A DNA stretch of 64,000 bases, taken from the human T2T-CHM13v2.0 reference genome, Homo sapiens. Below the pieces are notes generated by a model. That model ran no database searches, was not told where the DNA came from, and saw only the letters and a list, made by a program, of their open reading frames with translations. The stretch lies in the NCBI RefSeq assembly GCF_009914755.1, contig NC_060937.1; one strand, given 5' to 3'. The position numbers were made by a program, and so were the translations under genes. Shown here in pieces: positions 1 through 13,219 of this stretch; position 1 is the first letter of the stretch; each line of letters starts with the position of its first letter.

Positions 1-276
1 AGGCCTCAGGAAACTTACAATCATGGCAGAAGGGGCAGCAAACACATCCTTCTTCACATGGTGGCAGCAAGGAGAAGTGCAGAGTGAAGTGAAGGGAAAG
101 CCCCTTGTAAAATCATCAGATCTCATGAGAACTCACTCACTATCACGAGAACAGCATGGAGGTAACCACTCCCATGATTCAATTACCTCCCACCAGGTCC
201 CTCCCGTGACAAGTGGGGATTTTGAGAAATACATTTCAAGATGAGATTTGAGTGGAGACAGAGTCAAATCATACCA
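1..276 (-). mobile_element. THE1-family MaLR LTR (partial, runs off window start)
   Basis: aggcctcaggaaacttacaatcatggcagaagg...cagatctcatgagaactcactcactatcacgagaacagcatgg...atcatacca is the reverse complement of the THE1 LTR 5' half. Confidence 0.9.
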
Positions 277-279
277 TCC

Positions 280-750
280 ATTACAAATTTTTGTGTTTGT
301 TTTCTTGTTGAGTTTTGAGTGTTCTTTGTAAATTTTTCATAACAGTCATTTATCAGTTATGTGTTTTGCAAGAATTTTCTTTCAGTCTGTAGTTTGTCTT
401 ATTATTCTCCTGACACCGTCTTTCGCAGAGAGTAGATTTTTAATTTTGATTAAGTCCAAATTATCATTTTATTTTTCTTTCATGGATTGTGCTTTTGAAT
501 GTATTGAAAGAGTCATCATCATACCTAAGGTTTCTTAGATTTTCTTCTGTTCTGCCTTCCGAATAGAGTATGGAATCTTTATAATTTTGCATTTTAAATT
601 CAGGCCTGTAATCCATTTTGAGTTAATTTTTCTGAAAAGTTTAAAGTTTCTGATCAGATTTATTACTTGCATGTGCATGTTCAGTTATTCCAGCACCATT
701 TATTGAAAATATTATCTTTTTTCCATTGAATTTCCTTTGCTCTTTTAAAA
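280..750 (-). mobile_element. Old L1M ORF2 3' fragment
   Basis: Antisense L1 motifs: atccattttgagttaattttt, cagcaccatttattgaaaa, ttttaattttgattaagtccaa. Confidence 0.8.
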
Positions 751-916
751 CTGAATTTTCTATCATATACACACACTGTAATTCACACTAAACCACATCC
801 AAAATACTCTTTAAATTGTTGAACATCCATCCAGATATTTTTGTGTGATGCAGTAACAAAAATGAAATAACAGATGGATTTGTAAAATGTGAGACTACTA
901 TTAATTCTCTAATATA

Positions 917-1250
917 CACCCATGCATCACTCCATCACTTATCCTTAGGGATACTTTCTGAGAAATGTGTCCATAGGCAAATTTATTCTTGTGTGAACAT
1001 CATAGAGTGTACTAACAGAAACCTAGATGTTACAGCCTAATAAATACCTAGATGCTATGGTATAACCTATTACCCCTAGGCTACAAACCTGTATAGCATG
1101 TAGGCAATTGTAACACAGTGGTATTTGTGTATCTAATCATATCTAAACATAGAAAAGCTACAATAGAAAGATGGCATTATAATCTTATGGGACCCCTGTC
1201 ATATATTTAGTCCATTGCTGGTGAAAATGCCCTTATGCAATGCATAATTG
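917..1250 (+). mobile_element. Tigger3a/MER7A non-autonomous DNA transposon (TcMar-Tigger)
   Basis: gaacatcatagagtgtact...aaacctagatg...ctaggctacaaacctgta...ataatcttatgggacc; degenerate TIRs; TA at 915-916 and 1251-1252. Confidence 0.88.
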
Positions 1251-1477
1251 TATAGTATTGTGTCAATTAATAACCATATGAAATGAATGAAGGTGCATCT
1301 CTATCCCAATATTAACTTAAAATGAATTCTGGAAGTATCAAATTTGCATGAATTTTTGACAATAAAAAATTCCAATAAATATACTTTAATTATATAACAT
1401 ATATTATGTTTATAACATATATAATATTTATATGCAAATGATATATATTATTATAATTTTACTCCATATTTATGACA

Positions 1478-1635
1478 TATTTATTCAGTGGTTACTTAGC
1501 TTCTATGGTGTGTAAGGTGCTCTGCTAAAAATGCAGGTTGAAGGAGATAAAATTTAAAGGAAGAAAATATTGTTTCCGTATGAAGTTTTATATACTGGTA
1601 AGGAAGACAGACATTGATAAAAAATCACACATATA
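1478..1635 (-). mobile_element. L2 3' end fragment
   Basis: atttattcagtg...ggtgctctgcta...gaagtttatatactggtaaggaagacagac resembles the antisense L2 3' end. Confidence 0.6.
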
Positions 1636-2199
1636 TATCTAAGGTATATAAATTTTTAAAATAATAAATAAGGAATGTAAAAATGCAATTTTCTTAATTT
1701 TTCTATGATTGTATGTATTTGTCTATAAATTCTCCATTGGTTCTAATGCACAAAAATGAGCAACTCATATCTGGATAAATCTGGTTAATGAAATGTCATA
1801 TGTAGTCCTAAATTAATTTCAAACTTTTAGGTCCTACTTTCTCTCCTTTGAATAGATGCTTAGACAGTGTCATGGGAAGGCTGCATTCTCATTCCTCGGC
1901 ATCAGTCATTGCAAATGGTCCTTGATTTGTCTCACCAGTCCTGACGGCCAATGAGATGTAACCATGTATACATTTGGTCTCCAGCTTGACGTACTCTTAT
2001 GTTTTGTGGAGATTCTTGAAGGTCCATCTACCTGACCTGATTTATGAGCACCAAGGAACACTGGGACAAATGAAAGAGGGAAAGCATAAAACAAAATTCA
2101 TATAATAATAACCTACTTACCGGTCCCTGTTATATAGCTATAGAAGGTAAGAGCCTGGGATGTAAAAAAGAGAAGGCATAGAGGCATGTAACACAGGAA

Positions 2200-2480
2200 G
2201 TAATTCTTCACTGTGGGACCAAGGGATTAAGAGAGATGAAGAAAGGCTCCCCTGGGAAATTTTTGATTGAAGTGTAATCTGAAGAATAAGTAAGTTTCAT
2301 CTAGTCCAAAAAGGAGGACATGGGAAGGAAATATATACAATTCTATGTGGGGAGAAGCATCACACATGCAAAGGAATAAAGAAAAGTACATAGGTTTAGA
2401 ATTGAGATTTTCTAACGAGTGTAGAGTGGTATTTGAGCAAGCTGAAATTGAAAATGACTTTATATTTCATTTAGAGACCT
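2200..2480 (-). mobile_element. L2 fragment
   Basis: aaaggctcccctggg...tctgaagaataagtaagtt...ggagaagcatcacacatgcaaagg, typical antisense L2 tract. Confidence 0.5.
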
Positions 2481-2735
2481 TAAAAAAAGATAGACACTTT
2501 TAATCAAATAAGTATTTTGGCCTCCTTGACTTTTCATCAGAACTATTGTATTATATATGAATAATCAGATTTGAGTTTTAACTCTATGATGTTGACAAAT
2601 TTTGATAGTATTCTCTTGTGGAAGGTTGATACAGGTCTTTCTTAAAGCATGATATTTAGCCTTCAAATTATTTATGATTTTCTGAAATTGTTATTCAAAG
2701 GCATCAGTTTATGAGGTCCTTGATTGTATACCCTG

Positions 2736-4046
2736 TGATATGGTTTGGCTGTGTCCCCATTCAAATCTCATCTTTCATTGTAGCTCCCATAATTCCTACA
2801 TGTTGTGAGAGGGACATGGTGGGAGATAATTAAATCACAGGATGGGTTTACCCCATACTGTTCTAATGGTAGTGAATAAGTGTCACAAAATCTGATGGTT
2901 TTATAAGGGGTTTTGTTTTCGCTTGGCTCTCATTTTCTCTTTTTGCCTTCCACCCTGTAAGACATGCCTTTTGCCTTCCACCACGACTGTGAAGCCTCCA
3001 TAGGCATGTGGAACTGTGAGTCCATTAAACCTCTTTTTCTTTATAAATTACCCAGTCTCAGGCATGTCTTTATCAGTAGCATGAAAATGGAATAGTACAG
3101 TAAATTGATACTGGGTAGTAGGGTACTGCTGTGAAGATAACCAAAAATAGGGAAACAACTTTGGAATTGGGTAACAGGCAGAGGTTGGAACCATTTGGAA
3201 GGCTCAGAAGTGGATAGAAAAATGTGGGAAAGTTTGGAACTTCCTAGTGACTTGTTGAATAGCTTTGACCAAAATGCTGATAATGATGGGGACAATGAAA
3301 TCCAGGCTGAGGTGGTCTCAGATGGAGATGAGGAACTTGTTGGGAACTGGAGTAAAGGTCCCTCTTGCTATGCAAAGAGACTGGCAGTACTTTGCCCCTG
3401 CCCTAGAAATCTGTGGAAATTTGAACTTGAGAGAGATGACTTAGGGTATATGGTGGAAAAATTTATAAGCAGCAATGCATTCAAAAGGTGACAAAGCATA
3501 AAAGTTTGGAAAATTTGCAGCCTAATGATGCTGAAGAAAAGAAAACCCATTTTCTGGGGAAAAAAAATCAAGCCCTCTGCAGAAATTTGTATAAGTAAAG
3601 AGGAGCCAAATGTTAATCACCATGACAACGGTGAAAGTTTCTCCAGGGCACTTCAGAGACCTTTGCAGGGGTTGGGGGGCCAGTGATATGGTTTGGATGT
3701 GTCTCCATTCAAATCTCATCTTTAATTGTAGCTTCCATAAATCCCACATGTTTTGGGAGGGACCCAGTAAGAGATAATGAATCATGGGGGCGGTTTCCCA
3801 CATACTGTTCTCGTGGTAGTAAATAAGTCTCATGAGATCTGATGGTTTTATAAGGGGTTTCCCTTTCTGCTTGGCTCTCATTTTATTTCTTGCTCGCTGC
3901 CATGTAAGATGTGACTTTTGCCTTCTGGCGTGAGCTTGAAGCCTCCCCGGCCAGGTGGTACTGTGCTCCCATTAAACTTCTTTTTCTTCATAATTTACCC
4001 AGTCTCAGGTATGTCTTTATTAGCAGCTTGAAAATGGACGAATACA
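2736..4046 (+). mobile_element. THE1B MaLR element: LTR 2736-3099, shortened internal 3100-3683, LTR 3684-4046
   Basis: Both LTRs start tgatatggtttgg and end in taca; internal gaaagtttggaacttcctag/caggctgaggtggtctcagatggagatgaggaac; exact TSD ccctg at 2731-2735 and 4047-4051. Confidence 0.95.
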
Positions 4047-4242
4047 CCCTGTAACCAAGAAAAAGTAACACTTGCTGGAGCATTCAATCCTTTTGTACAT
4101 AATGACGTTAAGTTGGCCCCGAAAGACTCATAATTATGACACAAGCAACTCATCAACATCAGAATGTTTTGGGTGTCTGGTAAAAACAAACAAAAAAACA
4201 AAAAATCATCCCATTGACTATGATTATTTAAACTCTAACAAT

Positions 4243-4545
4243 ATTTATTTATTTATTTATTTATTTATTTTATTAGAGACAGGGTCATGTTCTGCCACCC
4301 AGGCTGGAGTGCAGTGGTGTGATCATGGGTCATTGTAGCCTCAAACTCCTGGGCTCAAGCCATCATGCCACCTCAGCCTCCTGAGTCCCTGGGACCACAG
4401 GTGCCTGCCACCATGCCCAGCTAATTCTTTTTCTGGTAGAGATCATGGCCTCACTACATTGCCCAGGCTGGTCTTGAACTCGTAGCTTCAACCGATCTTC
4501 CCTCTTGGCCTTCTTGGGTTGCAGGCATGAGCCACTGTGACCAGC
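4243..4545 (-). mobile_element. AluJ with (TTTA)n tail
   Basis: gagacagggtc...gtagcctcaaactcctgggctcaagc...ttgcccaggctggtcttgaactc, J-type diagnostics. Confidence 0.92.
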
Positions 4546-5817
4546 ACTATCTAAAAACAGATCCATCAACAATAGTTTGTGCATTTTCTAAGACTAGTGA
4601 AGTCTGTTGACATTGAGGATTACATTCTTTCCCTTAAAATGTTAACTATAATGTCATTGGTCAAAAGGTAACCATCAACAAATAACTTTGTTGGTTTAAG
4701 CATCCTACTGGGCAGTTTTTATAAAATTAATGCTTTGCTATTGCATATTTGTAATCATAACTGAGATGGGTTAAGAAAACTTCCGGAAAATATAAAGTTT
4801 TATTCCAAGAAGGACACTGTGCACTGGAAGACCATAGCTTTTAAAAAGCATAAATGTAAGTATTCCCTTGTAACTCCTAATTACCTTAATTTGAATTTAA
4901 CGCTTTCCTTGGTGTCCTCATTCCTGCTAAAGTTTCTTTGAAGCTGAAATGTATCATAATTAACAGTCTTATTCATGCATTTCATGTGTTTTTATTGTGG
5001 GAATAAGGACCTAAAATTCCTAATTAGATGAACACAGTCTTTGAAAGTGGTGAATTTGGAATGACTCTTCTATTTGAGGTGGCACTATTATTTCTAATAA
5101 TAACATTAGCTATAATCACCATATTACTCAATACTAACGTGACTCTTTTTTAACATCAAATAGCTTAACTTTTCCAATTTTCTTTCTATATGAAAACATT
5201 TGTATTTTCCTGCCAACCATATTAGACCATGTATTTATAATATCAGTCTTCTAGGACTGATGCCTGCATGCTATTATCATCTTGTGTCCTTGTCCCTAAT
5301 AAATGTTTCCCTGTGGGAGCCACATAGCACTCAAAGCTGCCTGCAGTCTTTCCAGGAGGCAAATAATTAGCCATGGAAATAATTCCATTCCAAAGGGAAT
5401 TCAGATTAGCTACAATTCTCATGCATTTCTCCTTGATGTGAATGAATATCATGTAAGTTAAGCCAAACTGCTTCTATTTGGATTTAGTTCTGAGACTTCT
5501 CTTATTGTGGATAGAAAAACTCTAGCCACTGAGAATGGTCTTAATCTGGGATGAGATGTCTTCATCTAGATTCCTTGATTTTTGTCTTAAAAACCATACT
5601 ACATTAACTACATACATTAAACTTTCAAAGACAGAGCACATCTGACTACCTAACTCATGGACTCATTGTGGAATTAATTTTAATTGCTAAGTAGTCAAAT
5701 TAAACACATAAATAAAAATTACAAATGTATATATATTCTCAAATGTGAGTTGATGGTTGCCTGTCTTACCTCTGGCCTAATTTGATATCAAAATCTGTTA
5801 ATTTTGCCCTCCTCAAG

Positions 5818-5820
<3 letters not shown>

Positions 5821-5856
<36 letters not shown>
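5821..5856. repeat. (CA)18 microsatellite
   Basis: Perfect CA run. Confidence 0.97.
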
Positions 5857-5861
<5 letters not shown>

Positions 5862-6904
5862 GTATAAATTCTACTGGCTAAATTAATCCTTTCTCTTATG
5901 AAGTCCCTACCTATGGTAGCATGTATTGTAGCTGCTTTGTACTTTCCTCTGAAGGTGACAGATTGGGTATTTATTACTGTTATTACTAGATTTGCAGTGC
6001 TTGGCCAAATCTTCAAGAACCCACTGGTTTCATTTTTTTTTTCTTTCTTCCCTTTAAATTGTTATTCTTTTTTCTAAATCCCTAATAAAAATTTCCTATC
6101 CTCTGCTACCTGTGCAACACATACTTCACTTCCTTGACTTCTGCCATTGAATTCCGACATTCCCCTGTTTTGGGTCCTATATCGCGTATGTGACTAACTT
6201 TTCCCTTGCATCACTAGCTTCTCTGTTGGGAATAAACTCAGTTTATGGTGCGTTCTGATGCCCCGTGTCTTTCTGAAGCTTCTTCTCTCCCTTCGTGTTG
6301 TAGAAGAAATTATTTATCTAACCTACAAGAAAATCTAGCTTTTGGATAGGAAACATCTAAGTTCTGTGTAGTTCCACAAAGAAGAGAGTTCTTATCAAGA
6401 AAGTAAGAAAAAACTTTATTTATATGCTCTCTGTTTCTTTAAATCAAAGTAGCCATATATCAAAGGCTGTTGGCTGACATAGAATCAGAGAAACACCACC
6501 TCAGCACTTTTATCTTTAACTCATTACTGCTCACTAAATAAGAGTTGTGTAATTATAAGTCATAACAATATAGATAATCATACATATAGAGGAGTAAAAT
6601 AAATTAAGTTAAACTTTATAAAAATGAGGCGATGGACCTAAAACTCAGTATGTTCTGCTAGGATTTGTATAGCTTTCTTTTGGTTTGATTTAAATGAGTT
6701 TGTGTCTCTTAGATGAACCCACAGGCCAAATGGTGCTAGGTGTCTCAATAACCACCATAGGAAGTTTATGAAACAAATTTCAAGGCAAGAGCTGTAATTA
6801 CCACAAAAAAAAATAAATGGCTATCAGTAAAGACTATCTCTTCAATGGAAATGTCTTACTTCCTGTCTTTCTTTTTCTCTCTCTTCCCCACCTGCCACGT
6901 AAGT

Positions 6905-7210
6905 GTGGGCATCATTAATGCTGTTCACAATACCTCCAGCACTCTTTAGTCTAAGCACATGCAGCACAGAGTGGCTCACCTCCATGCCCTTTGGAGTTAC
7001 AGGGCCTGTGAGTCTTACTTTGGCCATGCCTGACTTCTGGACATCTCCACAAGAAGCAAATGGAATGATTTTCCATGTAACTTTTTCTCTGTTAGTGCAA
7101 CTAGAAACAGAACCGCTCAAAATGATAGCTTTTCCATGAGTCCAAGACATGGAGTGATGACAATGACGTGGAGCAGAGGCCCCAACTGAACTTCAGTGGT
7201 TAAAGATAAA
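6905..7210 (+). mobile_element. MLT1 (I/J-like) MaLR LTR fragment
   Basis: tgtgggcatcattaatgctgttcac...ccctttggagtta...actttggcca...gtggagcagaggcccc. Confidence 0.6.
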
Positions 7211-7450
7211 CGTTAAAAAAGGACAATTAAATCATGACGAAAATGAGAAATTTTCAATAATATGGAACATTAAAACCTTTGTATTTTGTCAATCTCTCTC
7301 TCTCTTTCTAAATATATATATATTTATTATATAAGTGTGTGTGTATATTTATATAATAAATATCACATATACCAAAATCACATATACCCAAATATACACA
7401 CACAGATGTCACAGGAATATCATATATAGTATCTATACTAAGTATAGTAA

Positions 7451-8047
7451 TGTTGTGGCTTTTTTGTTCCCATAGTTCAGTGAGCAGGAGGGAGTGGCAC
7501 CCAGTGGCTTCTCCTCTCTGGTTGTTTGGCTAGCAGGAGGGACTATTACAGCTCTTTTACTTCCTCCACCTGTAGCTTGAGGAGCAGGAGCTCTTTCAGT
7601 CCCACAGTTCGGTGAGTTCTGGGTTCTGGTCTTATGACGAAGAGGAATAAGGTACATGGACACCGGAGAGTGAGTAAGGCAGAGTAAAATGTTATTAAGT
7701 GACAGAAAGAAAGCTCTCTGCAACAAGAGGATGTCTGAAAGTGGGTAGCCATCTGTGAGGCTAAGTTTGGGGTTTTTATGGGCTTAGAGTAGGGGAGTGC
7801 ATGCTTATTGGTCCGTGGGTGGCCTTGGAAAAAGCACCATTCAATTGGTTAAAAGGCATCATTCCAAACGAACTAATGAAGAGATAGTGGGTAAGATGGG
7901 GATAGAAGTTCTCACTCTAGTTGTGGAATCAATCTGGATCTGGCAGCTCGGTTTTCAGGCTTTAAATTGTCCTTGGCTTGAAGGTCGGGCTTCACTAGGA
8001 ACCCATCCATGTCTACCTAGGAATTTGCCTGTCTCTTGTCAGTATCA
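7451..8047 (-). mobile_element. ERV1 solo LTR, LTR27/LTR28/LTR1 group
   Basis: TG...CA termini; ggcttgaaggtcgggcttcactaggaaccc...ctaggaatttgcctg...tatca end; flanks gtaa/ataa (4-bp TSD with 1 mismatch). Confidence 0.8.
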
Positions 8048-8169
8048 ATAACATAATAAAAAGCTCTTTCAGATAATAGAAATATTTTTCCAAGGAAATA
8101 AATATTATTCTCCAATGTAAATAAAGGAAGGTATTGTATCATATGAATGTATTCTCTTATAATTTAATG

Positions 8170-8520
8170 ATTACTTATTTGTGTCTTTGTTTTAACCTAT
8201 TTGACTTTTTTCAAATATTTGTGACAATAAACAATATCTGATAAGCATCCCAGCTTCAGAATATTTTCATAAAACATCATTATTTTCTACAGAGCATAAG
8301 TTTCTGTGTGTAGAATTTCTGAGTCATGCATATAAAAAATTGTCTCATATGTAAAAATAAACCTATTTTTTAGTGTAACAATTTACCCTTTACTAACTGA
8401 ATGAGTTTTTACATTTTTCTGCATTCTTACTGAAAATAAGAATTAGTTTTGTTAACTGTTTGCCAATTTTACTAATAATTTTAGATTATTGAATTCATTT
8501 GCCTGTATTTAATAACTATG
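8170..8520 (-). mobile_element. L1ME-type 3' fragment
   Basis: tagaatttctgagtca, taacaatttaccct, tttgccaatttt antisense L1 3' motifs, highly diverged. Confidence 0.55.
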
Positions 8521-9513
8521 CCTGTATATGCATTTTTATATTTTTATTTATTATATATTTATATATTTATATATTTTGTCTACTAGATGTAGTACCAATA
8601 TAGACATGTGTTCTAGTTTGGCCAATATAGTTATGTATATCACCATTCTTCTGGGGTGAGTCAGTGAGAGGAAAACTTTCTTGCTTCAGAAAATAAAATA
8701 TTGAACTTCCCTGGATGTAAATATATTGAATCATATAAATCTGTATGCTGATATAATATACACAGTCAGCCTCTCCCTTTAGGCTATAAAACTGAGATAT
8801 AATGTAAATTGTGTTATCAATAAGATATCTTTAACTGTCTCCAGGAGATTTTCTGAAGACAAAAGTAGTTTATATTTATGATAGCTGTTAAGATAATGTC
8901 ATATTTTTATTTGATCAAAACTAACATTAAATTTGTCAAAGAAAACTGAATTTGAACTCTTCATAATTATTATATTTGTGTTAACTTTTTGTATTTAAAT
9001 TTTAGTCATGCCAACTATTTTCTCCAAAGAGAAACAATAGCAACTATAAAAGTCCAGTAGTGTCATCTAATAAACTGCAAATCAAGTCATTTTCACTATA
9101 CCGGTAGAGATAGGAACAAATCAGTTATTAGAATAACTGATTTCTGACAATGGTTTTTAGATTTCCAGGTTGTGATTATCTAATTCATGTTTTATCTATG
9201 AATATAATTTGAACTAGAGCATTTGAGTTTGAGAAAAATAAAATAAAAATTGAGATACATTTCAGTTATTACAGATGTGTTTGCAAAACTGTTTGGAAAA
9301 GATAAATGAAACAAAGGTTGAGGTAATTAAAAACTTGATTTGAAACATGAATAGAATTAAAAGGGTAGGAGTTGCTTATATAATATAAAATATAACCGGA
9401 CCTCAGATCTGAATCTTCATCAAAGATCACAGTCCAGAAATCAAAGTTAAAGTCAAAACTATTTTCTTGAATTAATTAAATGTGATTAGGGGGAGATAGA
9501 GACATAAATAAAT

Positions 9514-9543
<30 letters not shown>
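9514..9543. repeat. (TAGA)n tetranucleotide STR
   Basis: About 7 perfect units. Confidence 0.95.
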
Positions 9544-9545
<2 letters not shown>

Positions 9546-10226
9546 CAATAAATTATAGATATATACATAGAAATGTCATAGATAATAGAAATAATTTTTC
9601 TTTTTCAGCCACTTCCTTTACTCAGCACGATTACTCTTTTACTTCTGTTATACCTCACCCCACTGAAAACCACCGCTCCAGCTGTCAGCCAGCATTATCT
9701 CTTTGCCTTTTTTTTAATCCCCCTTGCTTCTGTTCTATAACACTTGAAATAATTTGACTCTTAGGACAACGCCTGCATCAGAGTTAAGGTATGAGAAGAA
9801 AGTAATTGGGCCAGTCAAAATCCTCTTTTGCAGGTGGATCACAGAGGCCATTAATAATGGCTGTTCTATTTCAGAAAATAATCCCTTAAGTGGGAGTGAA
9901 ACTGAGATTGTTACTTTATACCCAAGGAAATTTCTCAGTATTGCCAATATAAAAAGGTGGAATAAATATTTTATATTCTACCTTTAGAGTCCAACGTGCT
10001 CTTTTATTGAGGACAATGGATCAGAATTGGCAATATGAGAGCAAATAACTTTTCTAGAGGAAGAACAAACTGCTAAGCAAATCAGAAACTGGAATTTTAG
10101 GAAACTTAGTTAAATCATTGCTTTATTAGTACTTAGATTTTAAAACATCTATGAGAGAATGATATATAAGAAATAAAATAGAAATATAGAAAAATAATTA
10201 ACGATTGGGGAAGATACCCTCATGGG

Positions 10227-10610
10227 TGTACTAGTCTTAATAGAATAAGCTATGCTGAAGTAATAAGCAACTTGTAACTCTCAACAAACTAACAAAAGTG
10301 TCTTTCTCACTCACACAGAAACTACTACAGACTGAGCCAATCCTGGGCATCTGATCTCAAGGTGCTGACTCAGAGATCCAGAATGCTTCTTTCACAGCTG
10401 CATAGCCTTCCTAAAGAAAGTCTGAAGGGCATTTCTTTTTTTCATTATAGATATGAAGTGCATTTACTCTGCTCACATTTCCATGGCCTGAGCTAATTAC
10501 TTGGTCTCATCTAAATGGAAAAATATGATAAAATATAGTTTTCTATGTGTAAAGGATGGAGGAATATAAAACAATTTGGAGTAAGTATACAGCATAGTAG
10601 CTACCTACCA
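10227..10610 (-). mobile_element. MLT1 (K/L-like) LTR
   Basis: aagctatgctgaagtaataagcaac...tttctcactcac...tgactcagagatccag...ctctgctcacatttccatggcc. Confidence 0.6.
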
Positions 10611-11029
10611 AGATGGGATTCTATTGCTTAATTATAATATGGGTTCATACAAGTATAAAAATCTCAATTTTCTATAAAACATATATATAAACAATATTAC
10701 ATTTACATGTTAAAATATCTATAGCAACTTCTGAATGAAGGAATTCTTTGTGGCTTCTTTTATCTCTCTTGAGCTGTTTGTGCATGATATTTTAAATTTT
10801 TGAATCTTAAATAAGCATAACGTGCAAGTAATTAAAGTGTGCTTAAGTTTTATGTGTATATAAGCATACGTGTGTATATGCATAGAGAAGCAGAGAGAGA
10901 AATAAAAAGAGAAAATACCCTTATTTTCTTCTATTTAATTTACTACATATGAATGCAAACAAATGTTTTGCGTACCTTTATTTGTTATATTCTGGAAAAT
11001 TGCCTTTTCAAATACATAGTGGTCTATAA

Positions 11030-11410
<381 letters not shown>

Positions 11411-13219
11411 ACATGTCTTCTTTGTGCTAGGCACTGTTCCAACACTGAGGGTTTCACAGTGGGGACAAAATTTAAGAGTACTATGGAATTTACATTTATA
11501 GCAACAGAAAGACAAAAAATAAATGAGAAAAAAATCAATAAAATAGAATGCTCAAAGTGTGAATGAAAGAAGTAAAACCGGTAACAGAAGTGCAAGGGTG
11601 GTAGAGGGAGGAAATTTAATGTTAAATAGTTTGACAAGAGAAGGTCTTTCCATTAAATTGATTTCTGAGTAAAGAATTTATAAGGAAGTCTGAAATGTAG
11701 ATGTCTCTAGGGAGACCATTCCAGACAGAGAAACCAACAAGAAAAAGAAATATCCTGAAGCTGAACACAGGCGAATGTTCTGGGAGTAGGAATGAAGCCA
11801 GTGAGGCCAGAGGGAAGAAAGTCTAGAATTAGAAATCAGCGAGGTCAAGCATATGGCAATGTATTCTCTGAGATCTTTCAAGCCAGAGCAGTGAGTTTGG
11901 CGTTTCATGAAGGAAAGTCATGGGAGTGATTGAAGCAGAAAAAGAGATAATATATAGTCTACTGAGTCACTCTGGCTGCTGTGTGGAAATGTATGTTAAA
12001 GAGGGCCAAGAACAGAAGTAGATCATTTTGAGGCAAGAATTGATATAAGAGATGATGCTCGCTCCAACTAGAATAGTAGCAACAGAGATGGTGAGAAATT
12101 GTCAAGTTATTGATCCATTTTGAAGGGAAAGTCAAAAGAATTTGCTGATAGAACAAATTTAGAATGTGAAAGTAAGAATGGAACTCCCCTTTACCTAGAA
12201 GAGAATTTGAGGAGAGATTTGAGACATAAAATCAAGAGGCATTCTGTATATATTGTTTAGAGGCCTCATAAAATAACTAGGTGAAAGTGTTAAAAAAATA
12301 ACTGTGTGTTTAGGAGTCTGCAGTTTCAGTAAGAGAGATTTTCCCTGAGACTAAAATAATATCCATTCATGCTTCTTTTGTATTTATTATACCCTAGGAA
12401 CTGTTTTCTCTACTATATGTATGAGTTTTTAATTTATACAAAATTCCCATAGGTACTATTATTATCAACATTTTACCATGAGAAGGCTAAGACATAAAGA
12501 AATTAAGTATTTGTGCCAAAGACAAAGAGTTACTAACTGATAGAGCAAATGTCTGTGTGTCTGTTAACCCTGCTTATTGTCTCTCTTGGTAATTAATTAT
12601 CATACAGCTAACATTTAAAGCCATGAAATTAGGTGAAATCCCCAGGGGAGAGTCAGGGAGAATGGAAGAGTTCCAAGGAGGGGTGAAAAATAACATCTTA
12701 TGAGAAAGAAAACAAGCCAGGTTGTGCTGTCTTGGAAGCAAAGACAGTATTTCAAGAAGGATTTGATCATGTGTATAAAATTATGCTGATAGGCTAAATT
12801 AGAAAGGCTTCTGGTTGGCTTTGGGGCTTAACTGCATGGAGGATTTGGGGAACCTTGATGAAATCAGCCCAGTGAAGGGACAAGTGTGAACTTCAGAGAG
12901 ACAAAAAATGATGACAAGAAATAGAGATAATTTTTGAAGAGTTATTTTGGAAGCAGAACAATGGCAAAGAAGGGTGGTTGGATCAAAAAAGGATTTTTTG
13001 TTTGCATACATTTTAAGTTAGAAAAACACGGCACTGTCTCTGCACTTTGCTGACGTAGAGTATATAAGCACAAGTGTAAAGAGGTGTTGGGAGTAGAGAA
13101 AATTATCATGCTATTTGGTTTATTAATTCAGTGAATGAGAAAAACTCATCAGCTTAGGGTAAGTCAAAGTTCTGAAGCTACAGGAAGGAAAATGAATAGG
13201 AGAGATAGTATATAACTAC
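11411..13219 (-). mobile_element. L2 (long fragment, interrupted by MIR)
   Basis: tgtgctaggcactgttc, ccattccagacagag, tcactctggctgctgtgtgga, tttaaagccatgaaatt. Confidence 0.75.
12390..12560 (-). mobile_element. MIR
   Basis: taggtactattattatcaacatttta...aattaagtatttgtgccaaag, antisense MIR core. Confidence 0.65.
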
